Part shown: piece after piece, positions 1-8,898 of the stretch
Position numbering within the stretch: position 1 is the first letter of the stretch
Layout of the letters: each line of letters opens with the position of its first letter
NCBI GenBank assembly: GCA_021798415.1
Contig: JAJZGO010000002.1
Location: 159-64,158 of the forward strand
Length of the DNA stretch: 64,000 nt
Direction of reading: 5' to 3'
Source: Thermoplasmata archaeon
GTDB lineage: Archaea; Thermoplasmatota; Thermoplasmata; Lutacidiplasmatales; UBA184
The notes under the pieces: generated by a model
The model's input: the letters and a program-made list of their open reading frames with translations, nothing else
What the model was told of the DNA's origin: nothing
Databases searched by the model: none
Program-made: the position numbers and the translations under genes

Positions 1-34
1 CGGCCGACGCCCGACCGCGTTTCCTGAACGCGGG

Positions 35-1522
35 ATGCGCACCGCGCGCCGCCGCCCGACGGCCACGGGAGACCATATGCCGACCAACGAGAGCTCACGC
101 TACGAGCGAACGCCGATCCCCGAAGAGTCGATCGCGGATAGGACTCGGACGTTCGGCGAGATCCTCGAGCCGTACTCCTCGGACGAGGCGGTGCTCGAGG
201 CACAACGTTGCCTGCAGTGCGCCATGCCGTTCTGCGTCCAGGCGTGCCCGATCACCCAGGACTGCCGGGGGTACATCTCGCTCATCGCCCAGAAGCGGTT
301 CGACGACGCCGCGCAGCTCACGCTCATCGACAACCCGCTCGCGACCGTGCTGTGCAAGACGTGCTACCACTACTGCGAGGAGGACTGCGTGATGGGCGGC
401 CGCGGCGTCCCGATCGCCATCCGTCACTTGAAACGCGCCGCGCTCGAGCTCGGGCGCTCGGACGCGCGGTACGTCCCGGGGCCGTCCAAGCACGAGCCGG
501 TCGCGGTCGTGGGAGGGGGACCGACCGGGCTGATGGCCGCGTGGGAGCTCGCGCTTCGGGGCTACTCGGTGACGGTCTTCGAATCGGAGCCGTTCCTCGG
601 CGGCCAGGTCGACACGATCCCCCAGTACCACCTCGACGGGACCGAGCTCGACCGTGACCTCGCCCGGTTCCGGGACCTCGACGTCCGGTTCGTGGTCGAC
701 CAGAAGGCGGGCGCCGGTTTCACCCCGGCGAGCCTCCTGGCCCAGGGGTACCTCGCGGTCCTCCTTGCGGTCGGCGCCTCCCGTCCCCGGACGCTCGGGA
801 TACCGGGCGAGGAGCTCCCGGGCGTCTTCCCCGCCCTGCCGTTCCTGCTCGCGGTGAACCGGGGAGCGGAGGGCTCGTTCGGCCGCAAGGGACGCAAGGT
901 CGTGGTGATCGGCGGAGGGGACGTGGCGTTCGACGCCGCCCGCTCGAGCCTGCGCCTGTCGGGGCCGGGCGACGTGACGCTGGTCTACCGAAAGGCGAGA
1001 ACCGACCTGCCCGCGGGCGAGGAGGAGGTGGGCGGGGCCGAGACCGAGGGGATCCGCTTTCTCTTCGAGCGCGCCCCGGTGCGCGTCCTCGGCTCGGGTC
1101 AGGTCTCGGGCCTCGTCGTACGGGCGACGCGCGCGGGACCGGCCGACGCTTCGGGCCGCCCGACGCTCGAGCTTGTCCCCGGTTCGGACGAGACGATCGC
1201 CTGCGACACCGTGATCGTCGCGGTCGGAGAGACGAGCGACCTCGCGGGCCTACCGGGCGAGCTCGACCTCAAGGTCTCGCCCCACGGGTTTCCCGAAGGC
1301 CGCGGGCCGGACGGACGGACCGACGTGGACGGGGTCTTCGCGACGGGGGGCGTCTCCGTGGTCTACGCAATGTCCGCCGGCTCGCGCGTCGCGGAGGCGA
1401 TCGACGCCTACCTCAGCGCGAAGAGCGGACGAGCTCCCACCCCCCGGCCCGACCCGTTCGGACGGGGAGCCCGAGCGCCTCTCCCGGACGGCTACGGCGG
1501 GCCGACCTGGCACTCCGGCTGA
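35..1522 (+). CDS. Glutamate synthase small-subunit-like (GltD/NfnB/SudA family) NAD(P)H-dependent FAD oxidoreductase with N-terminal Fe-S cysteines
   Basis: Cys cluster CLQCAMPFCVQACP...C near the N-terminus. Two Rossmann dinucleotide motifs, VAVVGGGPTGLMAA and VVVIGGGDVAFDAA. Overall GltD-like architecture. The start could be ATG 35 or ATG 77. Confidence 0.8.
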   Translation: MRTARRRPTATGDHMPTNESSRYERTPIPEESIADRTRTFGEILEPYSSDEAVLEAQRCLQCAMPFCVQACPITQDCRGYISLIAQKRFDDAAQLTLIDNPLATVLCKTCYHYCEEDCVMGGRGVPIAIRHLKRAALELGRSDARYVPGPSKHEPVAVVGGGPTGLMAAWELALRGYSVTVFESEPFLGGQVDTIPQYHLDGTELDRDLARFRDLDVRFVVDQKAGAGFTPASLLAQGYLAVLLAVGASRPRTLGIPGEELPGVFPALPFLLAVNRGAEGSFGRKGRKVVVIGGGDVAFDAARSSLRLSGPGDVTLVYRKARTDLPAGEEEVGGAETEGIRFLFERAPVRVLGSGQVSGLVVRATRAGPADASGRPTLELVPGSDETIACDTVIVAVGETSDLAGLPGELDLKVSPHGFPEGRGPDGRTDVDGVFATGGVSVVYAMSAGSRVAEAIDAYLSAKSGRAPTPRPDPFGRGARAPLPDGYGGPTWHSG

Positions 1523-1666
1523 ACGACGGGCCGGACCCATCGGGGAAGGGTCCGGGGTCCGGCCGGGGGCGGCGAACCGCTCCTGGCCCGCGCCGCGAGT
1601 GCCTTATCCCGGGTCCCCCTACGGGCCGCTCGAGGCCTCCGGGGTCGGGGACCGGGACACCGCACG

Positions 1667-2047
1667 ATGGCGGAGATCGACCCGGGACGAATCGCGTTGC
1701 GCTTCGTGAACGAGATCAATCGGCACGACCTCGAGGCGCTCGCGGGACTGATGTCGCCCGACTTTCGCCGGGTCGACACGTCCGGCAAGGAGACGCTCGG
1801 CCGGGACCGGGGGTGCGCGGCGTGGGCGAAGGAGTTCACCCGGACCCCCGACCTCCGTCTCGCGATCCACGACCACCTCTGCCAGGGCTCGGTCATCGCC
1901 CTCTTCGGGACCGCGAGCGGAACCCGACCGGGCGGTGTCGGTCTCCCGAGAGAGCACTGGGTCGTTCCGACGGCCTGGCGCGTCGTGGTGCGGGACGCCC
2001 ACGTCGCCGAGTGGCAGGTCTTCTCCCCGCCGGAGCCGGACCGCTGA
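1667..2047 (+). CDS. SnoaL-like / NTF2-fold small protein
   Basis: 126 aa; FVNEINRHDLEALAGLMSPDFRRVD and the rest fit the SnoaL/ketosteroid-isomerase-like pattern. Confidence 0.55.
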   Translation: MAEIDPGRIALRFVNEINRHDLEALAGLMSPDFRRVDTSGKETLGRDRGCAAWAKEFTRTPDLRLAIHDHLCQGSVIALFGTASGTRPGGVGLPREHWVVPTAWRVVVRDAHVAEWQVFSPPEPDR

Positions 2048-2136
2048 CCCCGGGGAGGCCCGCGCCGCCACGACGCGGCCCGGTCGAGGCGTGGGGGAGT
2101 GGAGTATAAGTCGGCCGTCCGGTTGGTCGGTCGAGC

Positions 2137-4092
2137 GTGGGAGGGACGTCGATGGTCGGGGGGAAGGGACCGGGCCCGGCCCGCGCGGCACCGTGGGTCC
2201 TCGCGGCGACGGTCGGCGTCCTCGTGCTCGCTTCGCTGTGGGCGGTTCCGTCCGGCCCGCACGGGGCCGGCCCTATCACCGACAGGGCGGCTCCGTCCGC
2301 CGGATCGGGCCATTCCGCCGTGCCGTCCGCACGTGCCCCGGCCCTGAGCTTTCCGTCGATCCCGCCGGGTGCGGTCGGGAGCCTCAACCTCACGGTGTAC
2401 AACCCCGGACCGAACGCGACGGGGACGTACGCTCAGCCGGTCGCGATCAACAGCTCCCGGTATGCTTCGCTGATCAACTCGAACTGGAGCAACGGACTCG
2501 CGGCCTACGCGTCGAACGGAACACCGGTCTACGCGTGGATCCAGTCCGGGGCATCGAACGCCTCGACCGGCACGCTCCTCTGGCTCCGACTCGGCTCGAT
2601 CGGCCCGCTGGCGAGGACGAACGTCTCCTTCTACTTCTGGCCCAAGACCGCGTTCAACCTCTCGGAAGGCGGCTACCTGGGGGAGAATCCCGGGCTGAGC
2701 CCGCAGTACGCCGAGTGGGACAATGGCTGGCGCGTGTTCGACACCTACGAGAACTTCTCGGGCACGACCCTCCCCGCGCGCTGGACCGCCCTCGGTAGCT
2801 GGGCGGGAGCCGTCCGCGACGGTCTCACCGTGTCGGCCGTCTACAGCATGGGCGCGATCGAGGCGCCGCTCGGCGCCTTCGCGTCGCGGGCGATGACGGT
2901 CGAGACGTACGCCCGGATGAACGGCACGGCGAGCCCGCTCTGCCTCTTCGTCGCCGGGGCCCCCGGATTCAGCGGCCAGTACCAGTTCTTCCCCTCGGCC
3001 TACGCCCTGGACGCCGGCGCGAACGGCACGTCGAACGCCGTCCTCCGTTCGAGCAACTCGACCGCCGCGCCCCGCTCGACGACCGGGCCCACTCCCGCGC
3101 CGGTCGACTTCGCCCAGGCCGCGCACGTCATCGGCCTCACTTGGAACGGGACGAACGCGACCGAGACCGGCAGCGTGAACGGGATCCCGTTCGTCGTCCA
3201 GACGAACGCTACGGGCTCGTCCATGGCCGAGTTCGGGGTCGGCGAGTACTGCGACCGGAACTGCTCGACCTGGAACGTCTCGTGGGTGCGCGCGCGCAGC
3301 GTCCCCGACCCGATGCCGCTCGTCTCGAACGGCGGGTTCTCCCCGATCGGCGTCGCCGTCGCCACGTCTCCGCTCGAGACCGACGTGGGGCATCCCGTGA
3401 CGTTCACGTGCCGGGCCGCCGGCGCCGGCGCACCGTTCAACTACACCTGGTCGTTCGGGGACAGCGCCCACGGAGGCGGGGCGGTCGTCCCGCACTCCTA
3501 CGCCATGCCGGGGACGTACACCTCGAGCTGTTCGGTGGTGGGAAGCTCCGGAGTCTCGGGCAACTCGACGGCGACGGTCGTCATCCGTCCGACCCCCGCG
3601 ATCCTGCTCTTCCAGGCGCTCCCGTCCGCGTTCACGCTCGGCGAGACCCTCAACCTGGTCACGAACATCTCGGGCGGCACGGGACCGTTCACCTACGCGT
3701 ACGTCGGCCTCCCGCCGGGATGCCCGGAACGCAACACCTCGACCTTCAGCTGCCTTCCCGGCGTCACGGGAACGTTCGCGATCGAGGTGATCGTCGAGGA
3801 CATCGCGCACGAGTCGACCGCGGCCTGGATCACGATCTCGGTCACCGCCCCGACGCCCCCCGCCAACGCTTCCTCGTTCTCGGCGGTCGAAGGCTACGCG
3901 ATCGCCGGTGCCGTCGCGGGCGCGGTCGTCCTCGCCGGGGTCATTCCCGTGATGCTCTGGAACCGGCACGTCGTACCGCCTCCGCCGCCCGCGCGTCCGC
4001 CCGCTACGGCGCGCGTTCGGACCGACGCCCTCGGGCCCCGCCGGCCGGAAGGGCCGGACGACCCGGACGGTCCGGACGACTTCGACCTTTGA
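2137..4092 (+). CDS. Cell-surface glycoprotein-like protein with signal peptide, lectin/ConA-like (possibly DUF2341-like) region, PKD domain and C-terminal TM anchor
   Basis: N-terminal hydrophobic segment AAPWVLAATVGVLVLASLWA and dozens of N-x-S/T sequons. PKD-like segment PVTFTCRAAGAGAPFNYTWSFGDSAHGGG...PGTYTSSC. C-terminal TM AIAGAVAGAVVLAGVIPVMLW followed by a Pro/Arg tail. TATA-like GAGTATAAGTCGG at about 2103, 30-45 bp upstream. Confidence 0.7.
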   Translation: MGGTSMVGGKGPGPARAAPWVLAATVGVLVLASLWAVPSGPHGAGPITDRAAPSAGSGHSAVPSARAPALSFPSIPPGAVGSLNLTVYNPGPNATGTYAQPVAINSSRYASLINSNWSNGLAAYASNGTPVYAWIQSGASNASTGTLLWLRLGSIGPLARTNVSFYFWPKTAFNLSEGGYLGENPGLSPQYAEWDNGWRVFDTYENFSGTTLPARWTALGSWAGAVRDGLTVSAVYSMGAIEAPLGAFASRAMTVETYARMNGTASPLCLFVAGAPGFSGQYQFFPSAYALDAGANGTSNAVLRSSNSTAAPRSTTGPTPAPVDFAQAAHVIGLTWNGTNATETGSVNGIPFVVQTNATGSSMAEFGVGEYCDRNCSTWNVSWVRARSVPDPMPLVSNGGFSPIGVAVATSPLETDVGHPVTFTCRAAGAGAPFNYTWSFGDSAHGGGAVVPHSYAMPGTYTSSCSVVGSSGVSGNSTATVVIRPTPAILLFQALPSAFTLGETLNLVTNISGGTGPFTYAYVGLPPGCPERNTSTFSCLPGVTGTFAIEVIVEDIAHESTAAWITISVTAPTPPANASSFSAVEGYAIAGAVAGAVVLAGVIPVMLWNRHVVPPPPPARPPATARVRTDALGPRRPEGPDDPDGPDDFDL

Positions 4093-4115
4093 CCGGGCCG
4101 GTTCGCGACCCGCCC

Positions 4116-5864
4116 TCAGACGGCCCCCGACCAGGCCCCGGGAAGCCGGCCGGTCGAGCGGATCTCGGCGAGCGACGCGTGGACGACGCCTTCCCGAGCC
4201 TCATGGGCGACCACCTCCTCGGCGGCGCCCACGGGCACCGACCGGGGGCCCTCCTCGGGAACCGGGTGCCCCGAAAAGCGCAGGATGACGAGCGGGGCGA
4301 AGATCATCGGCACGAGCCAGACCCCGTTGAAGACCGTGGCGAGCGGGTTGAACAGGACCATGCCCGCGAGCAGCGCTCCGTCGAGCGCGAGGGCGTAGCG
4401 CGAGATCGAGAGGACTTCGCCGAGGCCGAGCGCCGCCTCGCTCTTCGGCGTCACGGGCACCTGGCCGAGGCGCCGTCGCAATAGGGCGACCATGCTGATC
4501 GCCTCGTACGGCAGCGAGACCGCGCTCACCGCCGCGCTCAGCCAGCGGTGGCGCCAGTAGGTGCCCCACCCGATCCCGCATTGCCGGTAGACGAGCACGG
4601 TCGGGATCGTCGAGACGACTCCGACCACGAGCAGGAACCGGAAGAGCGGGATCGACCAGAACGTCGTGAGGGGATGGGCCGCGAATTGTCCGAGGAAGGC
4701 GAGCGCGGCGGCCGGGGTCGACGCGAACCCGTAGACGGTGAGGAGCATCCCGAGCGGCAGGATGAGGTTCGTGAAGTGTCCCAGCGGGGTCTGCCAGAGG
4801 TGGAACTTCCGCGAGCGGCTCAGGTTCGAGCGGCGCGAAAACTCGATGAACTCCATCGCGCCGCGGGTCCACTTGTTCTGGCGCTTGATGAACCCGCGGA
4901 CGTTCTCGGGCATCGCCTCGTAGGTGTGCAACGGGACAAAGCGGGAGTGCCACCCCCGGTCGGCGAGGGCGACGGCCGTCGCGAAGTCCTCGGAAACGTA
5001 CCCCTCGACGAAGCCTCCGATCGTGTCGACCGCCGCGCGTCGCACCAGGCAGTTGTGACCGTAGCAGAAGACCGTGTCGAGCGCGTTCGCGAGCCGGCTC
5101 TCCCACACGAACTGGCCGACCCGGGACATCGGGGCGAGCGTCTGGACGAACCGGGTGTCGAAGTTCCAGATGTTGACGAGTCCCTGGAAGATCCCGACCC
5201 GGGCCTGGGCGGGGTGTTCGGCGTACTTGAGCGCTTCTCGCACCCAGTCGGAGGGCAGGAAGGAGTCCGAGTCGAGCAGGACGAAGTACTCGTACGCGGC
5301 CCCGTGACGGGCGTACCAATCGTTGATCGCCCCGGCTTTGAAGCCGCGGCGCTCGGGGCGGCGGAGCACCGTGTACCCCCGTTCCCCCGCGATCCGATCG
5401 ACGACCTCCCGGGCCGCGGGCTCGCTCGAGTCGTCGAGCACGTAGACGTCCACGGGGTAGTCCTGGTGGATCGCGCGCAGGCACTCCGGCACGACGTCGT
5501 TCATCGTGGCGTAGAGGACCGCGACCTTCGGTCGGGTCGCGAGCTCCGCGAGCGCGGGGAGGTCCCCGTGGCGGCTCACGAGCGCGACGACCTGACGGGC
5601 GAGCCCGTACGCCGCCCCCACGAACAGCGCGGCGAGGACCCCGAAGAGCGCGATCGACGCGGGGTGGCTCCACCGGATGACGAAGAACGCCATGCTCCCG
5701 ACGAGGGTCGCGTAGATCCCCGCGAACAGCCCGTAGAAGAGACGGCGGACCCCGGGAAGGTTCGGAGGGGCGCCCTCGTAGCGGATCGGCACGGCGTTGC
5801 CGGGCCGGTCGGGCGGCAACCGGCCCGCGAGCGGACCCGAGAGCAATCGCCGCGTTCCTGGCAT
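4116..5864 (-). CDS. Membrane-embedded processive GT2 glycosyltransferase (cellulose synthase / OpgH-like)
   Basis: GT-A core with DDSSEP, DSDS and ED motifs plus a QNKWTRG (QxxRW-like) motif. Multiple TM helices at both ends. The promoter-like conserved 35-bp element sits 27 bp upstream on this strand. Confidence 0.8.
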   Translation of the reverse strand: MPGTRRLLSGPLAGRLPPDRPGNAVPIRYEGAPPNLPGVRRLFYGLFAGIYATLVGSMAFFVIRWSHPASIALFGVLAALFVGAAYGLARQVVALVSRHGDLPALAELATRPKVAVLYATMNDVVPECLRAIHQDYPVDVYVLDDSSEPAAREVVDRIAGERGYTVLRRPERRGFKAGAINDWYARHGAAYEYFVLLDSDSFLPSDWVREALKYAEHPAQARVGIFQGLVNIWNFDTRFVQTLAPMSRVGQFVWESRLANALDTVFCYGHNCLVRRAAVDTIGGFVEGYVSEDFATAVALADRGWHSRFVPLHTYEAMPENVRGFIKRQNKWTRGAMEFIEFSRRSNLSRSRKFHLWQTPLGHFTNLILPLGMLLTVYGFASTPAAALAFLGQFAAHPLTTFWSIPLFRFLLVVGVVSTIPTVLVYRQCGIGWGTYWRHRWLSAAVSAVSLPYEAISMVALLRRRLGQVPVTPKSEAALGLGEVLSISRYALALDGALLAGMVLFNPLATVFNGVWLVPMIFAPLVILRFSGHPVPEEGPRSVPVGAAEEVVAHEAREGVVHASLAEIRSTGRLPGAWSGAV

Positions 5865-5890
5865 CGGGCTCGCATGGGGCCGAGGACTCT

Positions 5891-5930
5891 ACCTCGGTTT
5901 TGGCGCAAGGCCCGTAACGATTGGTGCGGG
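5891..5930 (-). promoter_or_regulatory. Conserved ~35-bp cis-element copy B (reverse orientation, upstream of the GT2 gene)
   Basis: The reverse complement reads GCCCGCACCAATCGTTACGGGCCTTGCGCCAAAACCGAGG. It is about 33/37 identical to copy A at 6831-6870, with its A-rich end about 27 bp from the ATG at 5864. Confidence 0.6.
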
Positions 5931-5980
5931 CCCCGTATTCGAGGGAAAGTCACTTACCTTCTCGGACGCGTGGGGGCCGC

Positions 5981-6271
5981 ATGGACCTTCTTACGGTCTT
6001 CCTCGCGGTCGTCCTCGCCGGATTATCGGCCACCCTCTCCGGGATCGGCGTCGCGGCGGCGTCGCGCTACCGCGACCCGAGGCTCGCGCTCGTCTCGGCC
6101 GGGCTCGCGGTCCTCGCCGTCGTCGGCGGCCTCGACGTCTTGAACCAGGTGTCGCCGCGCTACGGCGAACCGTTCGAGGTCGCGCCGGTGCCGCTCGGGC
6201 TGACGGTGCTAGCGGTCGCGCTCCTCTACGTCGCGCTCGTCCGGGGCGCCGCACGGACCCCATCCCCGTAG
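5981..6271 (+). CDS. Small 3-TM membrane protein (cassette copy A), translationally coupled to the downstream regulator
   Basis: MDLLTVFLAVVLAGLSATLSGIGVAAASRYRDPRLALVSAGLAVLAVVGG...TVLAVALLYVALV has three hydrophobic helices. The stop at 6271 is 1 nt before the regulator ATG at 6273. It is paralogous to 13555..13833. Confidence 0.55.
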   Translation: MDLLTVFLAVVLAGLSATLSGIGVAAASRYRDPRLALVSAGLAVLAVVGGLDVLNQVSPRYGEPFEVAPVPLGLTVLAVALLYVALVRGAARTPSP

Positions 6272-6272
6272 C

Positions 6273-6797
6273 ATGGAGGGACTGGTCGCGCAGCCCACCC
6301 GCCGGAAGATCGTTGACGTCGTCACCGATCACCCGGGGTCGAGCGCGCGTGAAGTGCAGCGGCGGGCCTCGCTCGGCTGGGGCGAGACCGCGTACCACTT
6401 AGACCAGCTCACGCGGGCCGGGGCGCTGCGTCGCGAGCGCGGCGGCCGCCGCGACTACTACTTCCCTTCGACGATGACCTGGGAGGACCGACGGCTGTTC
6501 CAGGTCCTCCGCAGCGGGACCGAGCGACGGCTGTTGCTCGAGCTGAGCGCGCGGCCCGGCCGCACGCTCGCCGAGCTCAAGGAGGCGACGGGGCTCAGCC
6601 TCTCCACGACCTCCTTTCACCTGCGCCACCTGCTCGCGCAGAGTGCGGTCGAGGGGTTCCGGGACGGGCACCTCCGCCGCTACCGTCCGACGCGCCCGGA
6701 ACGGGTCGCCGCCCTCGTGACGCGGTACCGCGAGTCGTTCGAGGACCGGCTCGTCGACCGGTTCGTGGAGGCCTGGAGCGGCCTCCTCGGAGCGTGA
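6273..6797 (+). CDS. Tandem winged-HTH (ArsR-like) transcriptional regulator, cassette copy A
   Basis: Two repeats of an ArsR-type wHTH, REVQRRASLGWGETAYHLDQLTRAGALRRER and LAELKEATGLSLSTTSFHLRHLLAQSAVEG. It is a clear paralog of 13837..14364. Confidence 0.75.
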   Translation: MEGLVAQPTRRKIVDVVTDHPGSSAREVQRRASLGWGETAYHLDQLTRAGALRRERGGRRDYYFPSTMTWEDRRLFQVLRSGTERRLLLELSARPGRTLAELKEATGLSLSTTSFHLRHLLAQSAVEGFRDGHLRRYRPTRPERVAALVTRYRESFEDRLVDRFVEAWSGLLGA

Positions 6798-6830
6798 GTC
6801 GATGAAGGGACGCTCTGGGCTTCGCACCAA

Positions 6831-6870
6831 CGGTTACGGGTCTTGCGCCAAAAGGGAGGTATCTCGACGA
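6831..6870 (+). promoter_or_regulatory. Conserved ~35-bp cis-element copy A (upstream of the surface-protein gene)
   Basis: TTCGCACCAACGGTTACGGGTCTTGCGCCAAAAGGGAGGT. The A-rich end (CCAAAAG) is about 26 bp upstream of ATG 6889, the spacing of an archaeal TATA box on a leaderless mRNA. The upstream 20 bp are conserved in copies B and C. Confidence 0.6.
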
Positions 6871-6888
6871 CGTCCGTGGTCGAACGTG

Positions 6889-7878
6889 ATGCCGGGTACC
6901 GGGAAACCCCTTCTGACGGCGATAGCGCTCGCCGTCGCGCTCACGATTTCGCTCGTCGGGGCCGTCGGACCGGCCATCGGTCACGGCCTCCCCGCGGCTT
7001 CGAACCGCGCCGGAGCGGCCGCGTTCTCCCTGACGAACGGTCTCGTTCGAGCTGACTTTCCGACGGCGGCGCCGTCGTTCACGCTCACGTCGGTCGCGAA
7101 CGCATCGCTCGGGCTCTCGCAGTCCCTCGGCGGGCTCGCCGAGGTGAACGGCACCGGCTACATCGTCGCCTTCGCTCTCTTCGGCGGCCCCGGGGTCGCC
7201 TGGAGCGGGTCGACCGGGGGCTCGTCCGCGTCGACCTGGGTGCATCTCGCGGCGGCCGTGCCGGCCCGTCTCGCGAGCGGCGAGTGGGAGTCGGGGGACG
7301 ACGCGCAGGAAGGCGGGAACTCCTCCCTCGGCTCGGTGAACGTCTCCCTGACGTTCACCCTGAACAGCTCGTCGGGCCCCTCGCCCACGACCGTCGGGTA
7401 CCTGCTCAACGTCACGGGCTGGCCGTGGATTTCCACGCTGGATTCCCTCGGGGTCGAGGTCCTCACGAACACGAGCGGGCCGTCCGGGTACTGGCAGTCG
7501 AACGGGGCCAACTCGATCACCGAACGCTCGAGCACGACCGGCGGCACCGTCGCGACGTACGCCTGGGGGACGTCCGCGACCGCGACGTACGCGAGCGGCC
7601 AGGAGTCGGACAGTTCCGTAGGGGCGTACCACAACGTCTCGACGAACCGGCAGAGCTCGCTCGTCCGCCTCGACTTCGGCACCGTGACCGGGGGGTACCG
7701 CTCGCTCGGCTACGACCCTTGGCTCACCCTCGTGGTCGGCAGCCCCCTCTCCCGTCTCGTGCCCGCCTGGCTCTTGGGCCCGGACGCGCTCGTCACGATC
7801 GGCGCCGGTACGGCGCTCTCGATCGCCCTCGCGGCGGTCGCGCTCCGGCGGCGCCGGGCGCCCGAGAGCGAGCTCTGA
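6889..7878 (+). CDS. Secreted Ser/Thr/Gly-rich surface protein with C-terminal TM anchor (cassette copy A)
   Basis: Signal peptide MPGTGKPLLTAIALAVALTISLVGAVGPA. Many N-x-S/T sequons (NASL, NGTG, NSSL, NVSL, NSSS, NVTG, NTSG). C-terminal TM LVTIGAGTALSIALAAVAL followed by RRRR. The ORF track's earlier ATG at 6802 would include the conserved element, so the start is uncertain. Confidence 0.65.
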   Translation: MPGTGKPLLTAIALAVALTISLVGAVGPAIGHGLPAASNRAGAAAFSLTNGLVRADFPTAAPSFTLTSVANASLGLSQSLGGLAEVNGTGYIVAFALFGGPGVAWSGSTGGSSASTWVHLAAAVPARLASGEWESGDDAQEGGNSSLGSVNVSLTFTLNSSSGPSPTTVGYLLNVTGWPWISTLDSLGVEVLTNTSGPSGYWQSNGANSITERSSTTGGTVATYAWGTSATATYASGQESDSSVGAYHNVSTNRQSSLVRLDFGTVTGGYRSLGYDPWLTLVVGSPLSRLVPAWLLGPDALVTIGAGTALSIALAAVALRRRRAPESEL

Positions 7879-8261
7879 GCCCGAAAGTCACGCCTCGCAC
7901 GCCTCGCCTGCCTCCGTGGGGGCGAGCGTGCGCTTCTCGTTCGTCCCGGCACCGCGAGCCCTTGGGAGACCAGCATCGCGCCCAGGGCCAGACGCCCGAC
8001 AATGGGCCCGAGGTAGGCGAACCAGAAGTAGGATCCCGGCGGCGATCGCGGGCCGCCCACCCGGATCCGGAAGGCGCTTCCGGTCTCCACGCCCGCCCGT
8101 GACGAGGACGGCCCCGAGAACGTAGGGGCCGATCCCGATCAGCATGCGGTTCCTTTCGCATTTTCTGGCAAGATGCGTCCTCCGGGACGGAGGGGACGGC
8201 CGAGGAGGTCGGCATCCTCTGTCGCGACGCGGAGCCGGCGAGGCGAGGGGGACGTCTCCCG

Positions 8262-8711
8262 CTAGCGGGGGCGGTGTTCCCGCCCGCCCCGAACGACGAG
8301 GACCGGGCACGGAGCCTCGTTGACGAGCCCGGAGGAGACGCTTCCGAGGAGGAGGCGGGACCCGCGGGAGAGCCCCCGCGAGCCCACCACGACGAGGTCC
8401 TGGGGGTGCCGGTCCAACCACTCGAGGAGCGCGCGGAGCACGTCGCCCCACAGGAAGACGGTCTCGACCTTGGTGGCGCCCCGGGCGATGGCCTTCTCCC
8501 GTACCTCGTCGAGGATCGTCGCCATGGCGCGCCCGTCGTCGTCGAGCGGGACGAGCCCCTCGAGATACGGGTCGGCGGACGGCCGACGCGCCGGCCGCAC
8601 CACGACGAGGGTGAGCGAGGAGCGGAAGCGGGCCGCGAGCTCGCTCGCCACCTGGCAGGCGCGTCGGGCCTCGCGCGACCCGTCGAAGCCGACAAGGATC
8701 CGGTCGAGCAT
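8262..8711 (-). CDS. Universal stress protein (UspA family)
   Basis: ILVGFDGSREARRA...LVVVGSRGLSRGSRLLLGSVSSGLVNEAPCPVLVV is the canonical Usp fold motif. Confidence 0.85.
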   Translation of the reverse strand: MLDRILVGFDGSREARRACQVASELAARFRSSLTLVVVRPARRPSADPYLEGLVPLDDDGRAMATILDEVREKAIARGATKVETVFLWGDVLRALLEWLDRHPQDLVVVGSRGLSRGSRLLLGSVSSGLVNEAPCPVLVVRGGREHRPR

Positions 8712-8898
8712 CCGTTCTCAACTTCCCAAGTCGACGAACGCTCTTGAGCCGGCGGGCCGCACGTCCCGGACCGGACCGCGAGCGGAGCCCGGGCCCCCAC
8801 CTCGGCCCGGGGTCAGAAGGACCTCCCCCGGGTCCTCGCGGGCCCGGGGTCGGGAAGAAAGGGTTGGTGCCGTAGACCGTCGACCGAGCGAAGCCCCT

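Noticed and set aside
1492-3969. 825-aa ORF on the minus strand
   Set aside because: It is antisense to the SnoaL-like and PKD-domain surface-protein genes. Its composition is low-complexity Arg/Gly/Pro, typical of wrong-frame translation in 70% GC DNA, and it has no domain signal.
7710-8260. Several overlapping ORFs (7710-8090 minus, 7916-8125 plus, 7888-8721 minus) between the surface protein and uspA
   Set aside because: There are no motifs. Only a possible 85-aa single-TM peptide starts at ATG 8147 (minus strand), which is too weak to call.
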